From Candidatus Bathyarchaeota archaeon (GTDB lineage: Archaea; Thermoproteota; Bathyarchaeia; TCS64), in contig CAVYLP010000006.1 in the NCBI GenBank assembly GCA_963769425.1, positions 160,001 to 224,000 of the forward strand: DNA of 64,000 bases, written 5' to 3'. The notes under the pieces were generated by a model. The model saw nothing but the letters and a program-made list of their open reading frames with translations. It was not told the origin of the DNA and did no database searches. Made by a program: the position numbers and the translations under genes. This document shows, one piece after another, positions 57,011-64,000 of the stretch (within the stretch, counting starts at the first letter, position 1; each line of letters begins with the position of its first letter).

Positions 57011-57856
57011 TTATATCAGGGTCCCCGCCGCGAAGGCGAGGAGCCCGAAGAGCATCCAATAGAGGACTTGGTTCTTGACTTTTCTGCTAGATTCACGACC
57101 GTGGTCGTGTATCAGGGTTATAGTTCCGTAGACGAGGCCCGCATCGGTAACAATCACGAATGGTATGTACCAACTTGAGACGAGCCCGAGCATTAACGGG
57201 AGGATGGACGCAGCGGCCGCGACGAGGTAAAAGGCAGAGGCGAGGTAGGCCGCCTTGTCGACGCCATATAGGACGGCTATTGTCTTTACTCCCCTGGACG
57301 CGTCCCCTTCAGTATCTACTATGCCCTTAGTGATCTCCCTGCCAGTGTTTGAGAGGAAGGCTAATGCACTGAATAATAGGGAGGTGGAGACGTTACCAGC
57401 GATGACTCCACCGTAAATAAATGGGAGACCGATGCAGGTGCTTACCATAAGATTGCCAAGGAAACCTGTTCTTTTCCCCCAAGCCGAGTAACCCATCATC
57501 ACAAACCAAGCGAAGACCGCGATAGCGAGGTTAGGGAGGCTTGTGAGGAAGGCCGCGGCTAACCCAACGCCGCTAAGCAGTAGAGAGTAGGCGACTGCCT
57601 CCTTGGGCTTCACCTCGCCGCTCGGGATGGGTCGGCCCGGCTCATTGAGCGCATCTATCTCCCTGTCGAAGTAGTCGTTGATGACCATAGCGCTTCCGGC
57701 GAGTGCGAAACCTGTGATGAAGGCGAGAATCAGTATCTCGAGGGGGATGATTGATCGTAGACCCCCCGTGATCACGACTCCAACGAGTACACCGACCCCA
57801 AGCATTACCGAGTTGACTGGCCTGAGGATCCTGAGGAAGCCACTCGCTCTGCTCAT
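57011..57856 (-). CDS. digeranylgeranylglyceryl phosphate synthase (UbiA family)
   Basis: RPVN, NDYFDREID..N.P.RPIPSG, REITK...D.EGD. Confidence 0.9.
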   Translation of the reverse strand: MSRASGFLRILRPVNSVMLGVGVLVGVVITGGLRSIIPLEILILAFITGFALAGSAMVINDYFDREIDALNEPGRPIPSGEVKPKEAVAYSLLLSGVGLAAAFLTSLPNLAIAVFAWFVMMGYSAWGKRTGFLGNLMVSTCIGLPFIYGGVIAGNVSTSLLFSALAFLSNTGREITKGIVDTEGDASRGVKTIAVLYGVDKAAYLASAFYLVAAAASILPLMLGLVSSWYIPFVIVTDAGLVYGTITLIHDHGRESSRKVKNQVLYWMLFGLLAFAAGTLI

Positions 57857-57981
57857 TGCATACGCAGATGACTGCTTTATTATTAAAATGCCGTGGGACC
57901 ATTCTTTACATGATGCTAAAAATCATATCATCGGTTAACGTGTTCAGAGAACCTCGCCAAGGGGGTTAAAATAGCCGTCGG

Positions 57982-58350
57982 CTAAGCACGCTCTATCCTG
58001 ATCTTTTCACCGGGCTTCACGAGTTTAAGTAGCCTCGCGTTGTCCGCGATTCTAGCGAAGACGTTGACGGGACTCGCGGCGCGTATCTCCTTGTCCCAGC
58101 TGGCGGGGGTGGGGCCGAAGAAGAAGCAGATCGCTTTTCCGGGCATCCAGTAGGCTACGTCGCCGAGGTCGACTATCTGCTTGGGGGACTCCGTCTCTGC
58201 GGTGACGGGTATGGTGTAGTATATCTCGTCGCCCCAAGTGTTAGCCTTCCCGTCAATGGGGAGCTTCTCCCAGACTGCGTCAGCTGTGATGGGGTTCTCA
58301 CCGGTCAACTCAGCGTAGAATGTGCCGGCAGATGTCGTTGTGATCTTCAT
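57982..58350 (-). CDS. cyclophilin-like fold protein (DUF369)
   Basis: WGDEIY, GDVAYW..G.AIC.FFGPTP, ASPVNV. Confidence 0.88.
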   Translation of the reverse strand: MKITTTSAGTFYAELTGENPITADAVWEKLPIDGKANTWGDEIYYTIPVTAETESPKQIVDLGDVAYWMPGKAICFFFGPTPASWDKEIRAASPVNVFARIADNARLLKLVKPGEKIRIERA

Positions 58351-58454
58351 TCTCCTCGGCGAATCATGTGCCCCCTTCCAATCTACGTCAATCGTGCCCC
58401 GCTTAAGCTTTTTACCCAATATGGTGTTGGTATGGTGAGCTGGCTGCTGGGGGC

Positions 58455-61247
58455 ATGTTGGGTAGAAGACTATTAGCCGTGGCTCTCGTTGTGCTATTTT
58501 GCGTCTCCATCGCCATGCCCATCTGGCCCGCGAAGGCTGTCGATAGCGCCTCGGGAGTCATCACCAATACCGCTGGGCAACCATTGGTGGCCACAGTCAA
58601 AACACTCATCAACAACAAGATTGTAAAAACGACGAGGACCGGCATTGACGGATCATTTTCGATCCAATTGGACTCCGGGGTCACCTCAATCCTCGTCTAC
58701 TCGGATGACCCCTCAACGCCTGGGTTCGACTACCTCCCCGCCGTCATAGGTGTGAGCCCGGGACAGGTGGTCTCGGTGTTACTGGAGCCAGCGGCTTCCC
58801 TTAGCCTCAAGGGAGACATATTATTCGTCGACACCGATACGATCCCATCCTCCTATAGTTACCAAGTTCTGGACAGTGGGGGCTCACTATTCTCATCAAC
58901 CGGGTTCCCTCTCAGCTTCGGCTCAAAATCCACATCCACACTAACCATCCCCGAACTGCCAGCTAACACCCTAATCGTGCCCGCGGCGACGCCATATCGC
59001 CTCTGGTTTAGCGTCTCAATACTCGTGGGAAACAAAGTAACGACAAGGACTATCTCCTCTGACACCCAGCAACCCCTTGCCCAAGGTACCCTCACCGACT
59101 TCAACGTCGTCGGCTCGACGCTCCCTTACAACCTCGGTATCGTTGAGTCGGCCATCACGGAGGTCTCCCCTAGGATAGAAGCAATGGAGGTACAGGGCTT
59201 CTACTTGGTTAGGGAGAAGGGACTCATCGCCTCGGCAGAGGTGGGCTACGCCCAGGCGCTGCAGGATTATAACTCCGGCAACTATGATACGTCGTTCTAC
59301 GAAGCTAAGAGCAGCTTCATCGGAGCGAAGAGCACACTCGCCGACCTTAACAACCTCGCGACCGACGCGGCGTCGAGCGTCTATATCATCATCGGGTTCC
59401 TCGCCGTCGCCTCGGTGTCGGCTGGGTTCCTGATCGTCGATTCGAGGGGGATGCAGGCCGCCCTGGGGAGTGGGTTCTACGCTGGTTCACTCATCGTCTT
59501 GAATAGGGTGTACCCGGGGACGGCGGCTACGCCGCTCCAAGGGTTCCTCATAACTGCCGCGGTCTCATACGTGGTTGTCGTAGTCGTTGCCATATTTCTC
59601 CCCAAACTGCTTGGAGGGGGAAGCGGTGACGGTAGGGTTAAGCTAAGCGCCATCCTCGTCCCAGTCTTCAGCATAGCTAAACGGAGTCTGAAGAGGAGGC
59701 GGCTGAGGTTTATCCTGACCCTGATCTCCCTCATGGTTCTCGTTATGAGCTTCGTCTCCCTCACCTCGCTCTCGGAGGGCTATGGGTTGATCACAGCGAG
59801 GGCTGGATCGGCCTCCTCGAATCAGGGTGTGCTTCTGCGCGCCTCGACATGGACAGCCGCTCAGCCTTCCTTCATCCCTTTACCGAGCTCAGAGGCCGCT
59901 TGGCTACTGAAGCAACCGGAGGTTAACGTGATTTCAATGAAGGTGGAGAACGCACCCCAGCAGAGCCCCATCACATCAATCGCGAGAAACAGAATCTACT
60001 CGATCATGGGCGTTGACGCGAGTAACGAGACGCAGATCCTCCCTATCGCTTCGACCCTAGCGTCAGGGAAGCTCCCCGGCCCAGGGGAGGTGGCGCTGAG
60101 CGTCACCCTTGCAGGTCAGCTGGGCCTCAAACTCGGTGATAGCGTGAAGCTGAGGGACCAGACGCTGACCCTGGTTGGACTCCTCGATGATGCGTCCCTC
60201 GCTACCCTCACAGACCTCGACGGAAGCAGTTACATACCCGATAAATGGGTGAACCTGAGTCAGCCGGGGGATCCCCCATACTGGGAGAGACAGTCGACAC
60301 TACCCTCCGAGGCGGTCCTCCTCGACGCCTCGACGGCTAGCCTCTTCCAGATCCTTGGGGTGACGAGGATCGCCATGAAAGTTGACCCGGCGGGGCAGGA
60401 TGCCTTCGCCGAGAAGCTGGCGGTAGAGAGGGGATACGAGACATGGTCGGCCACATCCACAGGGGTCACCTACGCTGCCCTTAGCAACTACTTGGAGGGG
60501 AAAGGGTTACCGCTGATAATTCCCTGGGCGATAGTTGTGCTCAACGTGGTGGTGACGATGTTGAACTCCCTCTTCGAGAGGAGGCGCGAGATCAGTATAT
60601 TATCCTCGGTGGGGCTGAATCCTGCGGAGATTTCCTCGATATTCGTCGCAGAGGCGTCGATCACGGGCTTCATAGCGGGTGGCTTAGGCTACCTCGCTGG
60701 CCTCGCCTTCTACAGGGTCATGCCCCTTCTAGGCCTCGCCCTAGAGGTTCAGCAGAAGGTCTCATCAGTCTGGACCCTCGCAGCCATCGGGATATCCATT
60801 TCAGCCGTCCTAGTCGGCGCCTTTGCCGCGCTGAGGAGCAGCATCGTAATAACCCCGAGTCTGACCAGAAAGTGGAAGCTCGAAGAGGGGGAGGGCGGAC
60901 TCGACAAGCCCTGGGTCGTCACCGTTCCCTTGAAGCTAGAGACTGCGGAGGTGGATGGCTTCGTTGGTTACCTCGAGGGAAGGCTCCACGCCCTCGAAAA
61001 TGATCAGGTCAGGCTCACCGCGAGGGTTAGGGTGGAGGCCAGGGGCGACACCAAGGTCGTCTCATTCATCTACAAGTCCTACCAATCGACGACTGGGAAC
61101 TTCTACACTAAGAACTCAGTGTTCGTCGAGCCAGGTGAGGAGGGCTACAAGGTGAGGCTTGAATCAGCTGGCGGGCAGGATTGGGCGCACGAGACAGGGT
61201 CGCTCATCCGCCAGATCGCGATGGAGTGGAGCAACAGACCCCGCTAG
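58455..61247 (+). CDS. large FtsX/MacB-like ABC permease with extracellular N-terminal domains
   Basis: Signal peptide, RRRLRF.LT, ERRREI.ILSSVGL.P, multiple TMs. Confidence 0.85.
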   Translation: MLGRRLLAVALVVLFCVSIAMPIWPAKAVDSASGVITNTAGQPLVATVKTLINNKIVKTTRTGIDGSFSIQLDSGVTSILVYSDDPSTPGFDYLPAVIGVSPGQVVSVLLEPAASLSLKGDILFVDTDTIPSSYSYQVLDSGGSLFSSTGFPLSFGSKSTSTLTIPELPANTLIVPAATPYRLWFSVSILVGNKVTTRTISSDTQQPLAQGTLTDFNVVGSTLPYNLGIVESAITEVSPRIEAMEVQGFYLVREKGLIASAEVGYAQALQDYNSGNYDTSFYEAKSSFIGAKSTLADLNNLATDAASSVYIIIGFLAVASVSAGFLIVDSRGMQAALGSGFYAGSLIVLNRVYPGTAATPLQGFLITAAVSYVVVVVVAIFLPKLLGGGSGDGRVKLSAILVPVFSIAKRSLKRRRLRFILTLISLMVLVMSFVSLTSLSEGYGLITARAGSASSNQGVLLRASTWTAAQPSFIPLPSSEAAWLLKQPEVNVISMKVENAPQQSPITSIARNRIYSIMGVDASNETQILPIASTLASGKLPGPGEVALSVTLAGQLGLKLGDSVKLRDQTLTLVGLLDDASLATLTDLDGSSYIPDKWVNLSQPGDPPYWERQSTLPSEAVLLDASTASLFQILGVTRIAMKVDPAGQDAFAEKLAVERGYETWSATSTGVTYAALSNYLEGKGLPLIIPWAIVVLNVVVTMLNSLFERRREISILSSVGLNPAEISSIFVAEASITGFIAGGLGYLAGLAFYRVMPLLGLALEVQQKVSSVWTLAAIGISISAVLVGAFAALRSSIVITPSLTRKWKLEEGEGGLDKPWVVTVPLKLETAEVDGFVGYLEGRLHALENDQVRLTARVRVEARGDTKVVSFIYKSYQSTTGNFYTKNSVFVEPGEEGYKVRLESAGGQDWAHETGSLIRQIAMEWSNRPR

Positions 61248-61936
61248 CCCCTCTCTATCCTCTCGATTCTGCCGTCCCTCATCCAGACCACGCGGTCTGA
61301 TGCCTTGATCATCTTGAGGTCGTGGGTGGCGGCGACGAGTGTGAGGCCGCGTGTCTTGTTGAGGCCGTGGAGGAGGTCGATTATCTCTGTCCCGGTGTTT
61401 AGGTCGAGGTTTCCAGTTGGCTCGTCTGCGAGGATTATCGCGGGGTCATTGGCGAGTGCGCGCGCTAAGGCGACGCGCTGCTGCTGCCCCGCGCTTAGCT
61501 GCATCGGCTTGTGGTTGAGTCTCTCCCCGAGGCCGACGCTCTCAAGGAGCTTCTGCGCCTTCTTCATCCCCTCGTCGTGGGGCGTCCCCGCGAAGACAGT
61601 AGGGAGGGCAACATTCTCCAGCGCCGTGAGGACCGAGATGAGGTTGAAGCTCTGGAAGATGTACCCGATCCTGCGGCACCTAAGCCACGCGAGCTCATAG
61701 GCGTCAAGCTTGCTTATGTCGACCCCATCGATGAGGACATTTCCCTCAGTTGGGCGGTCGAGTCCACCTATCATATTGAATAGGGTGGTCTTCCCCGAGC
61801 CACTCGGCCCAACGAGGCTCACATACTCCCCTCTGCCGATGCTGAGGTTGACGCCATCGAGGGCCTTCACAGTCTCGCCCCCCACCTCGTAGTGCCTCTT
61901 CAGCCCCTTGAGTTCAATCACCGTGTCAAAGCTCAT
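61244..61936 (-). CDS. ABC ATP-binding protein (LolD/MacB-like)
   Basis: GPSGSGKT, IFQSFNL, LSAGQQQR, DEPTGNLD, THD. Confidence 0.95.
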   Translation of the reverse strand: MSFDTVIELKGLKRHYEVGGETVKALDGVNLSIGRGEYVSLVGPSGSGKTTLFNMIGGLDRPTEGNVLIDGVDISKLDAYELAWLRCRRIGYIFQSFNLISVLTALENVALPTVFAGTPHDEGMKKAQKLLESVGLGERLNHKPMQLSAGQQQRVALARALANDPAIILADEPTGNLDLNTGTEIIDLLHGLNKTRGLTLVAATHDLKMIKASDRVVWMRDGRIERIERG

Positions 61937-62531
61937 ATCTTAGCGCCTCCACGGGGTCAAGCCTCGAGGCCCTATATGCAGGGTAGATCGTCGCTACCGT
62001 GCTCAAAGCCACGGCGATGGCGAGGGACGAGGTAAACATGATAACATTCTGAGTAAAGGGTACCTTGAGTACTATATCGAAGCCCGTCGAGAAGCCTGTG
62101 GTGAGGAGCGCAGCTACGAGACCAACTCCGTACCCAATCACACCACCGACGAGACCCTGCAGCAACGCCTCGATGAGGAAGAGAAGCGTTATGTGCCTAT
62201 CCAAAGCGCCTAAGCATTTCATCGTCCCGATCTCCTTCACCCTCTCCTGGACGCTGATTAGCATCGCGTTAGTTATCCCCACAACGCTTACAACCAGGGC
62301 AATAGAGACGAGCCAGTAGTAAGTGGCCTCAACGTTGAGGCTACCCCCGCCGAGGCTAGAGTATGTCCTATAGAATGTGTCGGCGAGTAGGAGGCTAGTG
62401 TAAAAGCTAAGTCCGAGGGCGATTGAGGCGACGTTAAGGGCGCTACGGTCTAGGCGTCGGAGTAATTGACTATAGCCTAGCCTGAACGCCTCGGCGTATC
62501 CGAGGTGGACGCGCCTCTCCCCCGTGTTCAT
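61926..62531 (-). CDS. small FtsX-like permease
   Basis: GITNAML.SV.ER.KEIGTMKCLGA, YPA.RASRLDPVEALR. Confidence 0.9.
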   Translation of the reverse strand: MNTGERRVHLGYAEAFRLGYSQLLRRLDRSALNVASIALGLSFYTSLLLADTFYRTYSSLGGGSLNVEATYYWLVSIALVVSVVGITNAMLISVQERVKEIGTMKCLGALDRHITLLFLIEALLQGLVGGVIGYGVGLVAALLTTGFSTGFDIVLKVPFTQNVIMFTSSLAIAVALSTVATIYPAYRASRLDPVEALRYEL

Positions 62532-62573
62532 CCCCCTTTGATCGCCCCGCCGGGGGTATAAATTGTGCGTGGG

Positions 62574-62762
62574 CTAGTTGAGGTCGTCCTGCTCCCACTC
62601 TTCCTCGCTATACTCCTCCTCTATCTCCTCGTCGTTCCAGCCGAGGCAGTCGTAGCAGAGGCCCTTCTTGGTGTCCCCGCACTCGGAGCAGTACTTGGCG
62701 CCGCACTCCTTGCAGTCCTGAAGCTCCTGCACATCCATGCCGCAGATCTCGCAGAGTGGCAT
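62574..62762 (-). CDS. small Zn-finger protein with acidic tail
   Basis: Four CxxC pairs, D/E-rich C-terminus. Confidence 0.7.
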   Translation of the reverse strand: MPLCEICGMDVQELQDCKECGAKYCSECGDTKKGLCYDCLGWNDEEIEEEYSEEEWEQDDLN

Positions 62763-62811
62763 CAGCGATCCCATTTGGAGCCGGAGGCGCGGAGGCTATA
62801 AACCTATTGAG

Positions 62812-63765
62812 CTATTTGGAGGCAACTCGACGGAGGAGCTCCTCGTCTATGTTGCCCCCACTGATGACAACGCCGACGCGTCTGCCCTTGAAGCGGTTAG
62901 GGTCTTCCATGAGTGCGGCGACGCCAACGGCTCCGGAGCCCTCGATTACCTCGTGTTGGCGGAGGAGCATCAGTCGGAGGGCGTCGACAATGGTGGTCTC
63001 CTTGACGTCTATCCAGTCGTCGACGAGGCTCTGGCAGATTGGGAAAGTGACGCTGCCCTGCTCGATGCCGCCGTGGAGTCCCTCGGCGACGGTGTCGTAC
63101 ATGGGTATGTCGATTATCTTGCCCGCCTTGATGCTCTCGTGCATCACTGGGCTGGCGATGGTCTGGATGCCAATTACTTCCGCTTTAGACGCTGCCTTCA
63201 CGACGGTTGCGATACCGGAGATTAGACCGCCACCACTGACGGGGACGAGGACGACGTCGAGCGAGGGGCCGTCCTCCACCATCTCGAGCCCCACGGTGCC
63301 CTGCCCCGCGATTAGGTCTGCGTCGTTGTAGGGGCTGAGGAAGGGCATGCCTCCTTCTCGGCTCATCTTCTGCGCGAGGCGCTCCGCCTCCATATACTCG
63401 TCGCCGTGGACTGTGAGGTCCGCGCCGAGGGCCCTGATTGCGTCCCTCTTCACCTTCGGTGTGTTACCGGGTACTACTATAGCGGCCTTGACGCCTAGCT
63501 GCCTCGCCGCGTAGGCGACGCCCTGAGCGTGGTTCCCCGAGGAGGCGGCGACGACACCCCTCCGCCTCTCGTCTGGGGTGAGGAGGGCTATCCTGTTCGA
63601 GGCGCCGCGTATCTTGAATGAGCCGGTGAGTTGCCGGTTCTCGAGCTTGAGATAGACCTCCCCGCCCGTCAGCTCGCTGAGGAGGGGTGAGTGCTCGAAT
63701 GGGGTTCTCCTGACCCAGGGGCCCATGCGCTTTCGGGCCTCGTAGACGTCACCGAGGGTTACCAT
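62812..63765 (-). CDS. threonine/serine dehydratase
   Basis: KLEN.Q.TGSFKIRGA, SSGNHAQG, GQGT, GGGL, SGGN. Confidence 0.93.
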   Translation of the reverse strand: MVTLGDVYEARKRMGPWVRRTPFEHSPLLSELTGGEVYLKLENRQLTGSFKIRGASNRIALLTPDERRRGVVAASSGNHAQGVAYAARQLGVKAAIVVPGNTPKVKRDAIRALGADLTVHGDEYMEAERLAQKMSREGGMPFLSPYNDADLIAGQGTVGLEMVEDGPSLDVVLVPVSGGGLISGIATVVKAASKAEVIGIQTIASPVMHESIKAGKIIDIPMYDTVAEGLHGGIEQGSVTFPICQSLVDDWIDVKETTIVDALRLMLLRQHEVIEGSGAVGVAALMEDPNRFKGRRVGVVISGGNIDEELLRRVASK

Positions 63766-63797
63766 GGCTGGATAATGCGTAGAGACCGTATTATAAT

Positions 63798-64000
63798 CTA
63801 GGCACACGCCGCGGCTCGGTACGCCCTCTGTCTGCGGGCGTCGGCCTCTCCATAGGAGGGGTCTCGTGACAGGGCTTCCACGATCTCCGAGTGGAGGGCC
63901 GTGAATCCTCGCTCGTCCTTTGACGCCTCCATCACCTCCTCGATGGAATCGCTGAAGGCCCTTAGGAGTGGTTCAAGTGATGTGTTCCCGCTGAGAAGGT
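63798..64000 (-). CDS. 3' end of a gene extending beyond the window
   Basis: Open frame ...LLSGNTSLEPLLRAF...RAYRAAACA* with host-like codons. Confidence 0.6.
   Translation of the reverse strand, partial: LLSGNTSLEPLLRAFSDSIEEVMEASKDERGFTALHSEIVEALSRDPSYGEADARRQRAYRAAACA

Noticed and set aside
1-64000. CRISPR arrays, rRNA, further tRNAs or extra TIR copies
   Set aside because: None seen on manual reading of the intergenic regions; tRNAscan-SE, Infernal and repeat finders would be needed to exclude them

Overview
Archaeal chromosome segment: aEF-1alpha, archaeal uS7/uS10/uS12, Trm1, DGGGP synthase, archaeal-type ProRS, and TATA boxes close to many TTG/GTG starts. Gene content suggests a Bathyarchaeia-like TACK lineage (inference). 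The GC-rich backbone carries housekeeping genes, galK/galM, many peptide/amino-acid catabolic enzymes, a tRNA-Ala(UGC), a frameshifted Lhr helicase and a vapBC pair. It is interrupted by AT-rich islets at about 20.2-22.3 kb, 41.6-46.5 kb and 50.4-56.3 kb. The main finding is a complete 5,928-bp cargo transposon (50384-56311) bounded by perfect 24-bp terminal inverted repeats and a 9-bp target-site duplication (GATCTTCGG). It is inserted between the divergent promoters of an MFS gene and rps7. It encodes an intact IS6-like DDE transposase, small RHH/wHTH proteins, an internally deleted DNA methyltransferase and a pair of genes for a GHKL/MORC-like ATPase and a B12-binding-type radical SAM enzyme, which is a candidate undescribed DNA-modification/defence system. 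A second candidate is an operon of a MOFRL-type kinase and an enolase paralogue whose catalytic motifs are both remodelled, suggesting an unknown acid-substrate pathway. All assignments come from motif recognition by eye; no database searches were run.
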